DNA of 64,000 nucleotides from Squalus acanthias (Eukaryota). Shown piece by piece: positions 38,823 through 50,179 of the stretch (the first letter of the stretch is position 1; the number at the start of each line of letters is the position of its first letter). Below the pieces are notes generated by a model that was given only the letters and a program-made list of their open reading frames with translations, was not told where the DNA came from and searched no databases. The translations under genes and the position numbers were made by a program. The stretch covers positions 4,774,001-4,838,000 of the forward strand of contig CM059433.1 in the NCBI GenBank assembly GCA_030390025.1, in the 5' to 3' direction.

Positions 38823-39106
38823 AATCCAACATGCTGAAAACAACTATTTAGCCCCAAAGTAGCTTACAAGTAAACTGGTATGCAAGATTCACTTTCAAAT
38901 CCCACAGTTAAAATGTCCCAAATCTCACGAGCTAAAAAACTGTCCATCACTTCCTATTCTATTTATCACCTTCTGTAGCTAGTTCACATCCCGATACAAC
39001 AGTTCTCCCCCGCCCCCCACCCCCACAACCTCCTCAATTTACGAATACTGCTGGATGAGAACCAGCTGAATTAACTTGAAGGTTTAATTTTTAAAAAGAA
39101 ACTTAC

Positions 39107-39166
39107 TGTGCCTGCATATGTGAAGTGTGCGATATTTCAAGCGCCTTGAGGTTCTGAATCCTCCAC
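39107..39166 (-). other. Candidate exon
   Basis: tgatgactacag acceptor, CA|gtaagt donor, 60 nt. Confidence 0.35.
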
Positions 39167-39617
39167 CTGTAGTCATCAATACTTAAAAGGTAATATAAAT
39201 AATTTCAAGCATGAATCTTCCCAATGATAATTATCACTTCTGCCTCTAACTGCCGTGCTGCCTTACATCAGTGTTTTTAACTTCCGAGATCACCTGATAC
39301 AGAATTACCGCTGCTGGTTCTACCTTCAACTATCAACCCAGACTAAAATTTTGAAATGTCGGCAATAGCCGTCATATTGGCATTAAAACTCTCTGGATGA
39401 TAATTCAATACGACTGCATGGGTTACGACTATATCCCCACATCCCCAAAATGTGTTACCACTTTGTATGTTAGTTATTTTAAATCTACCCAAAAGTTGTA
39501 CTGCACATTTAAAATCTCGGATAAACTGGAGTTTATTTAATTGTTAGTCCAATGTTACATAAAATACCACAAATTATTCCTTCTATGAAATACTTATTGT
39601 ACATGAGCATAATTGTG

Positions 39618-40770
39618 GTTGATACAAAGATGGGTGGGAAAGCAAGTTGTGCAGAGGACTCAAAGAATCTGCAAAGGGATATAGACAGGCTAAGTGAGTG
39701 GACAAACATTTGGCAGATGGAGTATAATGTGGGAAAGTGTGAGGTTATACACTTTGGCAGGAAAAATAAAAAAGCTAATTATTATTTAAATGGAGAGCGA
39801 TTACAAAATGCTACAGTTCAGAGGGACCTGGGGGTCCTCGTGCATGAAACACAAAAAGTTAGCATACAGGTACAGCAAGTAATCAAAAAGGCAAATGGAA
39901 TGCACAGAGGGTGGTGAATCTTTGGAATTCTCTACCCCAGAGGGCTGTGGAGGCTCAGTCATTGGGTATATTCAAAACAGAAGTCGATAGATTTCTGACT
40001 AGTAAGGGCATCAAGGGATATGGCGATAGGGCCGGTGAATGGAGTTGAGGCAGAAGATCAGCCATGATCTCATTGAATGGCGGAGCAGGCTCGAAGGACC
40101 GAATGGCCGACTCCTGCTCCTATTTCTTCTGTTCTTATGTTTATTTCAAGGGGGTTGGAGTATAAAAGCAGGGAAGTCCTGCTACAACTGTACAGGGTAT
40201 TGGTGAGACTGCACGTTGAGTACTGCGTACAGTTTTGGTCTCCTTATTTAAGGAAGGATAAACTTGCATTGGAGGCAGTTCAGAGACGATTCACGAGGTT
40301 AATTCCAGAGATGAGGGGGTTGACTTATGAGGAAAGGTTGAGCAGGCTGGGCCTATACTCATTGGAATTTAGAAGAATGAGAGGTGATCTTATTGAAACA
40401 TATAAGATATTGAGGGGGCTCGACAAGGTAGATGCAGAGAGGATGTTTCCCCTCGTGGGGAAATCTAGAACTCGGGGGCATAGCTTCAGAATAAAGGGTC
40501 GCCCTTTTAGAACTGAGATGACGAGGAATTTCTTCTCTGAGGGTCGTAAATCTGTGGAATTCTCTGCCCCAGAGAGCCGTGGAGGCTGGGTCATTAAATA
40601 CATTTAAGGTGGAGATAGACAGATTTTTGCAAGATGAGGGAGTGAAGGGTTATGGGGAGCGGGCGGGGAAGTGGCTTTGAGCCCAAGATCAGCCATGATC
40701 TTACTGAATGGCGGAGCAGGCTCGAAGGGCCGAGTGGCCTATTCCTGCTCCTATTTCTTATGTTCTTATG
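39618..40770 (+). mobile_element. CR1 RT to 3' end, with a nested CR1 3' end at ~39903-40138
   Basis: The host reading KANGM..FISRG is interrupted by a second CR1 tail. Confidence 0.9.
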
Positions 40771-41184
40771 TTTAAACTACACATTTTACAAACTAGGCAC
40801 CCATCCCAACGATGTACAAATCAGTCTCATGTTTTTTAAAACAATGTTACTATTTGTGATGGTGACTTTTTACAGTGCTACAAGAAACCAACCACCAGTT
40901 CAAATGCATAACTCTTTCCATAGCCAACTCAGGACATGGATTTAGAACGATACTAAATTCAGGTTACCTCTGAAAGTTGTTTTGTCTGCTATATATTTTT
41001 AATTTTCTAAAAATACTTAAGTGGCATATTGGCTATTCCATTTGAAGGGCATCACAACCGAGTCTGATCGTATCTTCACCTGACATCCACGCACTCACTT
41101 TCAGCAGAGCTGGAAGCCATCCCGAGCACTGGAAAATTGAGGCCAATTCTAGAACTTCCACTGTTGCCTTGGCTGGGTTTAGTA

Positions 41185-41975
41185 ACCACATTCACGCCAC
41201 ACAAGTGCCAGGCAATGACTATCTCCAATAAGCGAGAGTCTAACCACTGCCCCTTGACAATCAATGGCATTACCATCACCGAATCCCCCACCATCAACAT
41301 TCTGGAGGGTCACCATTGACCAGAAACTTAACTGGACCAGCCACATAAATACTGTGGCTACAAGAGCAGGTCAGAGGCTGGGTATTCTGCGGCGAGTGTC
41401 TCACCTTCTGACTCCCCAAAGCCTTTCCACCATCTACAAGGCACAAGTAAGGAGTGTGATGGAATACTCTCCACTTGCCTGGATGAGTGCAACTCCAACA
41501 ACACTCAAGAAGCTCGACACCATTCAGGACAAAGCAGCCCACTTGATTAGCACCCCATCCACCACCTTAAACATTCACTCCCTCCACCACCGGCATACCA
41601 TGGCTGCAGTGTGTGCCATCTACAAGCTACACTGCAGCAACTCGCCAAGGCTTCTTCGGCAGCACCTCCCAAACCCGCTACCTCTACCACCTAGAAGGAC
41701 AAGGGCAGTAGGCGCACGGGAACACCACCACCTCCAAGTTCTCCTCCAAGTCACACACCATCCTGACTTGGAAGTATATCGGCCGATCCTTCATCGTCGC
41801 TGGGTCAAAATCCTGGAACTCCCTCCCTAACAGCACTGTGGGAGTACCTTCACCACACGGACTGCAGCGGTTCAAGAAGGCAGCTCACCACCACCTTCTC
41901 AAGGGCAATTAGGGATAGGCAATAAATGCTGGCCCTTGCCAGCGACGTCCACATCCCAGGAACGAATTTTAAAAA
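41185..41975 (+). mobile_element. LINE family B (CR1/L2 group) RT C-terminus and 3' end
   Basis: VTIDQKLNWTSHI...YKAQVRSVMEYSPLAW. Confidence 0.9.
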
Positions 41976-42479
41976 AACTCCGCACAGATCCAGCATCAAG
42001 TTGAGATAGTTTCTGTCTGTACAGCTCATTCTAATATCCATTGTGACTTACGCTCAAAACAGTAAAGATAAATACTCATCTTTTCTGTACAGCAGTCACT
42101 ATCCTTCAAATTATAGCATATTCCGCACACTAGGGAAAAGCCACTAGTCCAAAAAGAAAAAAAATAATGAGGTTATGTTCCTTTGAGGTCAAATCATATC
42201 AAAGCCTTGCTGTATACTATGATGCCACACAATCGCCAGTCCTTCGCTGGTGTCAGCAGAAACTTCAGTATAAAACCGATTCACAATTTCAACTCTTTTT
42301 TCCCCAATTCTGTGATCTTCCCGGGCCAAGAAAGACAGGCAGCCTGCACCCAGTCTTCCAACCGTGCTTCACTGCGCCGACGACTGGGAGATGTGGAAGA
42401 GTGTCCCAGGCTGCTCTCCTTTTCTCCCAGGCTTCAACCACGGTATAAACAAAAACTGATCAGAGATAATATTTACATA

Positions 42480-42702
42480 AAGAAGCAAAATACTGCGGAT
42501 GCTGGAAATCTGAAATAAAAACAGAAAATGCTGAAAATACTCAGCAGGTCAGACAGCATCTGTGGAGAGAGAGAAACAGAGTCAACGTTTCAAATCGATG
42601 AAGGGTTCTGACGAAAGGTCATCGACCTGAAACGTTGACTCTGTTTCTCTCTCTCCATAGATGCTGCCTGACCTGCTGAGTATTTCTAGCATTTTCTGTT
42701 AT
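42480..42702. mobile_element. Inverted pair of Penelope termini, with a hammerhead at 42603-42641(+)
   Basis: 42520-42600 is inverted relative to 42620-42700. CTGACGA at 42608-42614, GAAA at 42629-42632. Confidence 0.75.
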
Positions 42703-44904
42703 TTTACATAAAGAATATAGCTAACATCATAACACACACACACACACTTTACTGCTCAGTCACAAAGTGGTCATCTTTGCGTAAAACTGCAAGGTATAAA
42801 AGAGAAATGAAGTTAGTGCAACAAAATGCAGTCCTTTTCAGACTTTCTCATGCAGTGAAGCAGCTGTAAATTAGAGAAACAACTGAAAAGAGCTACAAGT
42901 AATATTAATGTCCAGAATAGAATAGAATGGTTCCAGCCCAAGATGATCCAGGCACAGCATGATTTTACTGGCTAAATTTATGATCCATGGGACATATTGT
43001 TGTGCCCAATATCCATAGACAAAAGTGATTTTGTTACAGTCACTTTCTAAGTGCCAGGATACAAGAGAGAACAATAATTGGAAAAAAAAGGTTCCATTTA
43101 CATCACGCCTTGTCATGTCTCTTGGGATGTCCCAAAGTGCAATGGATTCCTTTGAAGTGCAGGAACTGTTAAGTCAGCAAAAGCAGCAACCACTTTACAC
43201 ACAAGTTGATCAGACAAGCCATGATGAGATGAGATGAATGGCCATTTATTGGGGGGGGGGGGGTGGGGGGGGGTTTTGAAAGCAATGATTGGGGGTGGAG
43301 AATATTGGGAAGGACACCAGGAGAGCTCCCTGATCCTCAAATTACGCCATGGGTTTTTTTCTGGGAAGTAAACAAGACGACAGTTCATTATCTGAGCTGA
43401 CCAGCAGCACCTCCACCGATACACAGACACATCGTGCAGCTTCAAGGAAAAAGATCAAGCTGATCAATTTCTGAAAACCGATTAGTGTAACTGGCATTTC
43501 ATAAAATTACTTACAAAAAAGTATATTTTCTGATCGCTAAAGCCAGTGGTGCAGAATCAGAACAGGAGCTCGGGATGGGAAAATGTGGTTCCGATCCACA
43601 TAGCTGTGCCACTTCAGTGCCAAGCACGATTTTCCAGCAGACCTTTTGGACCACTCTTAAAGCATTCTTGCTGTAAAGGAGCCATATTTTCTTCTAAATA
43701 TTTGAACGCATTGGAGAAAAAATAAGCCAGCACAACTTTCCTTCCACTTGGAAAGGGAGTGGGCTGGATGTTCAATTCTCCCATCGGGAATGGGCTGAAG
43801 GGGAAGTTCCATGAGCGTTGCAGCTCTTAAAAACAGTTGGAAGCTTTTTAATTTTTTTTTTTAATTCCAGTTATACCGTACATTTTTAATACAGGCTCCT
43901 GCCGTTGATTTGTTGGGATTATGATGAAAAAAATTGAGAATTTATAGCTTTTCTAACAGTACATATTATATATGTGAAATCTAGAATAACCTAATACTGT
44001 CTCTGCTAATTCACCAGAAAGCCAACTGTAATTGGAGTATTTCCAGGACTTCGGCGGGACAGGAACAGCTTAAAAAAAAAAGGGCATGAAAGAGGAGCTC
44101 TTACAATACTAATGCAGCTCAGATAACAAGGTATCCAAGGTGACGAGTCCCTTTGCAGTCAACAAGTTGCAATTACCTACAAGGGATGGCTCTGAAATCC
44201 ACAAATACAGTATTGCATGGTTGAGATAGTACAAGATGACAGAAAGCATGTCTGCCCACACCCGTCTACCGAGCAATAAATGCAGAGAACTTGCTCCTCG
44301 GGCTATGGCTCAACGTGGTGCCGGTTGCAGATCTGTGACAGAGAGAGCAACTGCAGCCAACCTGCACCTTCGGAGACAGCATTGTCAGCGGCAATCTAAG
44401 TCACCTCCTCCCTCAACTTTTTTGCCTCCGCCTCCTTTCGCGCTAGCATAACGATCATCTGCGTTATCGGCCAATGTGCTGCTCACGCACTTCTCAAATA
44501 GGTGACTGATGCACAAGCTCGTTATTTCAGCTAATTTCCCATTGAACAGCAACAGCAGCACAACACAGCGGCCCGACATCACCACAGTGCTGCATTTCCC
44601 AAAGTGCAGAAGTCATTGATAGAAGTTATGGAACTATCCTGTCATGCAAGTAGGTTGTGTTGTAAGGGTATTATTTGTGAAGACCTTTGAAGATGTGGGT
44701 ATGCAAACAGTGTCCACTGCAAACGGTTACCTGAATGTGTGACTTAATGGAATATGGGCAGGCATGATAAGCAATGAAAGGTTTAGTAAGGACTGATATG
44801 AGCCAGCAGTAAATGTGGAACAGTTGACAAGGCAACCCTTTGAGGCAATGGAATCTTGGGCCTTCAACCTGGTAAATGTTTCTGTGGGTAGGCTTACCAC
44901 TTTT

Positions 44905-46600
44905 GAAAAAATCATTCATGGGATGTGGGCGTCGCTGGCAAGGCCAGCATTTATTGCCCATCCTTAATTGCCCTTGAGAAGGTGGTGGTGAGCCGCCTTC
45001 TTGAACCGCTGCAGTCCGTGTGGTGAAGGTACTCCCACAGTGCTGTTAGGGAGGGAGTTCCTGGATTTTGACCCAGTGACGATGAAGGATCGGCGATATA
45101 CTTCCAAGTCAGGATGGTGTGTGACTTGGAGGGGAAGTTGGAGGCGGTGGTGTTCCCACGTGCCTGCTGCCCTTGTCCTTCTAGGTGGAAGAGGTCGCGG
45201 GTTTGGGAGGTGCTGCCGAAGAAGCCCTGGCGAGTTGCTGCAGTGCATCTTGTAGATGGAACACACTGCAGCCACGGTACGTCGGTAGTGGAGGGAGTGA
45301 ATGTTTAAGGTGGTGGATGGGGTGCCAATCAAGCGGGCTGCTTTGTCCTGGATGGTGTCGAGCTTCTTGAGTGTTGTTGGAGCTGCACTCATCCAGGCAA
45401 GTGGAGAGTATTCCATCACACTCCTTACTTGTGCCTTGTAGATGGTGGAAAGGCTTTGAGGAGTCAGGAGGTGAGACACTCGCCACAGAATACCTAGCCT
45501 CTGACCTGCTCTTATAGCCACAGTATTTATGTGGCTGGCCCAGTTAAGTTTCTGGTCAATGGTGACTCCCAGGATGTGATTGTGGGAGATTCGGCGATGG
45601 TAATGCTGCTGAATGTCAAGGGACGGTGGTTAGACTCTCTCTTGTTGGAGATAGTCATTGCCTGGCGTGAATGTTACTTTCCCTTATCAGCCCAAGCCTG
45701 AATGTTGTCCAGGTCTTGCTGCATGTGGGCACGGACTGCTTCATTAACTGAGGTGTTGCAAATAGAACGGAACACTGTGCAATCATCAGCGTACATTCCC
45801 ACGTCTGACCTTATGATGGAGGGATGGTCATTGATGAAGCAGCTGAAGATGCCAAGTGGTGTTCCACATGCAGGAGTACTGATTCATTGGCTGAGGGAGG
45901 GCAGTAGGTGGTAATCAGCAAGAGGTTTCCTTGCCCTTGCCTGAACTGAAGCCATGAGTCTTCATGGGGTCCGGAGTCAATGTTGGAGGACTCCCAGGGC
46001 CATTCCCTCCTGACTGTATAGCACTGTGCCACCACCTCTGGTATGATGGGATGGTGATGGAGGAGTCTGTTACATTGGCTGAAAGGTATGACTCTGGGAG
46101 TATGACTATGTCAGGCTGTTACTCGACTGGTCTGTGGGACAAGTCTCCCAATTTTGGCACAAGTTCCCAGATGTTACTGAGGAGGACTTTGCAGGGTCGA
46201 CTGGGCTGAGTGTGTCGCTGTCGTGTTTGAAGCCAGTGCCAAGGTCGATGCCGGGTGGTGCGTCCGTTTTTATTCTTATTATTGTTTTCTGTAGCAGTTT
46301 GGTTCAACGGAGTGCCTTGCTCGGCCATTTTAGAGGGCAGTCACATTGCTGTAGGCCAGACCGGGTAAGGACAGCAGATTTCCTTCCCTAAAAAGGAAAT
46401 TCGTGAACCAGATGGGTTTATACGACAATCTGATAGTTTCATTGTCACCATTACTGATACTAACTTTGTCATTCCAGATTTATTTAATTAACTTAAATTA
46501 AATTGCCCAGCTGCAGTGGTGGGATTTGAACTCAAGTCTCTGGATCATTCGTCCAGGCCTCTGGATTACTATTGCAGTGACATAACCACTGTGCGACGGT
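44905..46600 (-). mobile_element. LINE family B, internally deleted, with tRNA-like 5' head
   Basis: APE remnants (QPDIVIL.ESYL, TTYCPPS), RT remnant (MYADDCT), C-terminus and tail. The head has A/B-box-like motifs at 46586-46596 and 46522-46531. Confidence 0.8.
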
Positions 46601-46971
46601 ACCCATCCACCTCAGCATCGTCAAGATGTTCCATCATCTGCTTCGGTTACCACGTACCAGACACAGTGCTGACCCTGGCCACCACATGCTGCCAGATATA
46701 CTGCACTGCTGTGCTCTGGGGAGGGTGTCCACCCAGTTGCATCAAGCTGGGCAACCTTCGTCGCTTCCACCTCAAGCAGCAGCATCTTTACTTTGCCAGC
46801 ATCAAGCAGGGACTCTGGGCGCTGTGCTGCTCTCTCACTTGCCCACAAGTTCAGTTTCCTGCATCCATCTTTATTTTTTCTCGTGCAACCTTTGCAAAAG
46901 CTGAAATATAGATCCACTTTTGACAATTTTACAGTCTTTGTGATCTTTTGCTCCCGTATGCAGCCAGTTAC

Positions 46972-47650
46972 CTGAAAGTGACCGCATCCTTTTTCAATTT
47001 AAGCTGCAGGCTTGGCTTTAAAAGGGATGTTGAATGCACACAGGTTTCCATGACCCTCTTTGACAAGCTCCTATCACCAAAATGGTTGAAATATTGCCAC
47101 GAACAATTCACGAAAACTAACCCTGTAAATTCCTGGGAGTTTGCCTCAGTTGAAAGTCGGTAAGCATTATGCGCACCCTGCTCCAGTCCAACTAATTTAG
47201 CACTCGACCTGAAAAATATATACTACAGTCTGGAAATGACAGTGAGTAATGTTACCATACGAACACTAAACTCATTTACATCAAGTTGCACTCTCCACTA
47301 TTTAACAGAAAAGTTCATTAAATTGAAATTAAATGGGGAACATTGCTCTCAAAACAGTGGAAAGAGGAATTTGACAATGAGCACATTAAGCAATCGTACT
47401 CATACATGACTCTCAGTAATTTCCAGGCTTATACATCTGCAAATGCACATTTACCAACAATCTTATTTTGCACTTCCACTTCAGAAAATAGATAAAGTTG
47501 AAATATTTAGGTAAGTGACTGCAATCTACATTTATACAGATAAAGAAATGAAAATTACCAGTTCTATTTCCAACCTGGCTCGTCGTACTGAGTCATTGTT
47601 CGAAGATCTCAATAGCACCTCATTTTCATCACCACAATGACATAGAACAG
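46972..47650 (-). other. Candidate exons 47575-47650 and 46972-47208
   Basis: Acceptors gatatgtag and atttttcag, donors gttgga and gtaact. Phase-compatible open frames with no recognisable protein. Confidence 0.3.
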
Positions 47651-47980
47651 CTACATATCAAAAGCAGAAAATAGCATTGGCATTAATTGCTGAAATTTCT
47701 TACCAATTGCTAACTTAAAAAGGTTATTTTATGTGGGCAGCACAGTAGCACAATACATAGGAGAGAGAATCAATGCACAGTGCCATGGTGCAGAGAGACA
47801 GACGTTGAATCCCAAATCCTGTTGAGTTCCCAACTTCAGCCAAGGTGGTGTGAAGCAAGAGAACTTCATAGGGGAATGCAGTTCTAATCCCTCTAAAACG
47901 CAGCTGAACAGAAACAAGAGCAGAGGTCTGAGAGTGAATAATATATAGTGTCGGAATCTTCTGTATATCTTCTCCTACAC

Positions 47981-48685
47981 TTGAGCACAAAAGAAAAGCT
48001 AGGCTGACACTCCAGTGCAGTGCTGAGGGAGTGCTGCACTGTCGGAGGTGCTGTCTTTCGGATGAGACGTTAAACCGAAGTTCCTTTTGCTCTCTCAGGT
48101 GGACATAAAAGATTCCGCGGCACTATTCGAAGAAGAGCAGGGGAGTTCTCCCCGGTGTCCTGGTCAATATTTATCCCTCAACCAACACAACACGGTGGCA
48201 TAGTGGTTAGCACTGTTGCCTCACAGCGCCAGGGACCCGGGTTCGAATCCGGCCTCGGGTGACTGTCTGTGTGGAGTTTGCACATTCTCCCGTGGCTGCG
48301 TGGGTTTCCTCCGGGTGCTCCGGTTTCCTCCCACAGTCCAAAGATGTGCGGGTTAGGTTGATTTAGCTGTGATAAATTGACCCTTAGTGTTAGGGGGATT
48401 AAATACGTGGGGTTACGGGGATAGGGTGGGATATGTGTCGGTGCAGGCTCGATGGGCCGAAATGGCCTCTATCTGCATTGTGGGGATTCTGTGATAACAA
48501 AAACAGATTATCTGGTCAGTATCACATTGCTGTTTGTGGGAGCTTGCTGTGCGCAAATTGGCTGCCGCGTTTCCCACATTACAACAGTGACTACACTTCA
48601 AAAATACTTCATTGGCTATAAAGCGCTTTGAGACGTCCGTGGTCGTGAAAGGCGCTATAGAAATGCAAGTCTTTCTTTCTTTCTT
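47981..48685 (+). mobile_element. SacSINE1-like SINE interrupted by a HE1-type SINE
   Basis: The Deu core breaks at ccctcaaccaac (48186) and resumes at aaaacagattatc (~48500). Confidence 0.85.
48191..48497 (+). mobile_element. HE1-type V-SINE
   Basis: tRNA head (ggtggcatagtggttagc; gggttcgaatcc) and V-domain gtgggtttcctccgggtgctccggtttcctcccaca. Confidence 0.85.
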
Positions 48686-49609
48686 CTTATACTATAGATT
48701 GCATTGTTCAGACCATGTGCATATGATTGTCAATCTGTTTTTCCCTACATATTAACCATACTAGAACAGCGATGTCCAATCTTTTGAAGTTGGGGGACAG
48801 ATATCCAGGTCAAAACCAGTGAATTGGCTGCATATGATTACAAAAAAACGCGATATTCCCATACACAAAATAAGAAGTGAGACCCCCTCATGTGAAAAAC
48901 TGCAAAAGAATCCCCCCGCCCGCAAACACTATTCATCGCAAAACTGCTGAAGATTTCAGTCATTCGACTCTTTGTATAGTAAATGTGTAATAATCGAAGG
49001 AACAATCAATTTGTGAAGAAGATGACTGAAGCCAAATAACTCTGAAAGCAGTTTTCGCATCTCTAATGTAACTGCAAATAAATAATCGATCTCGTCAGCC
49101 AGCGTGAAAGAGGCGAGTACAAGCCTAACCGGGATTTTACACTCGCCACTATTTCACAGGCAGGGTTGTTGGTGGACAGCACTGCAGCAGTTTTTCCTGT
49201 GTGGTTGGTTAGAGTCCTCATGGTCACCAAGGCCAGGTTCCAGGAAGGAATCTTTGATAAAAAGGAAAGGCGCCCAGGAGGTTCCGTATGGCGGAAACCG
49301 TCCACTCTATCTTGACCAGTTTTTTTGACTCTAATGAGGTCACCTCAGGTCGAAATCTTTAGGGTTCAGATTTCTTATTCTAAGCAGCTAAAACGGTCAT
49401 AAAATCACCAGAAGTCCTCACTTCTGATGTTTTTCCAAGTACAAAAATTATTCTTTTTCTTTTGCCAAAACATTTCAACCAGAAATCGGCCTCATCACTT
49501 TACCTTTCAACACCATAACTCATACAATGCCGATATCCTCTTAAGAATTTAATTTCCAAGTTTCACATTTTGTTATTAAACAGCTCATTTGCAATGGCGA
49601 AGTGAAGAT

Positions 49610-49950
49610 TTTACACTTCATCCAGAGCCATCTTTTGTTTCTTAACTTGTCCCATTACCATCCCCTTTTGCCTTGCACCATCATCCCTTTTGTCTCTTAA
49701 TCTCTCCTGCCTTCCACCCAATCACAGACCTTCCCTTTTGTCCTTTCCTCCCCTCCCCCCTTTCCCTGTCCCTACACTTGCTTATAAACCTGTTCCATCT
49801 CCAGCTTTTTCCAGTTCTGACGAAGGGTCATCGACCTGAAACGTTAACTCTGTTTCTCTCTCCACAGATGCTACCTGACCTGCTGAGTATTTCCAGCATC
49901 TTCTGTTTTTATTTCAGATTTCCAGCACCCGCAGTGTTTTGCTTTTGTAT
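49610..49950 (+). mobile_element. Penelope terminus with hammerhead at 49813-49849
   Basis: AGTT-CTGACGA-agggtc atc gacct-GAAA-CGTT-AACT. Confidence 0.75.
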
Positions 49951-50179
49951 TAGTGTTGCGCTGGCTCTCCTTGGTTTAAAAACGTATTTATTTCAGCCAT
50001 CTAACTAACATCTTTTGAAACAATATTCCAAACTCTCAATAATCTCTTGTAAGCTTTCTTTTGTGACTGCAATTTATAATTTCATTGGTGTATCTTAGGT
50101 TATCAATTTTCTATTGATCTTGAACCCAATGCGAAATCATTCAAACAATCTTCTAACAAGACAAGATGTTGAAATGATT

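Noticed and set aside
42285..42375. PWWP/Tudor-like motif (SWPGKITELG) in a candidate exon
   Set aside because: Only a few residues match; not enough to name a domain or gene.
44455..44490. miR-15/16-like seed AGCAGCAC on -
   Set aside because: The rest of the mature sequence and the hairpin geometry do not fit.
44246..44510. Telomerase RNA (3' ACAUGC end)
   Set aside because: No CUAACCCU template visible nearby.
48191..48265. Possible tRNA gene
   Set aside because: It is the head of a HE1-type SINE and continues into the V-domain.
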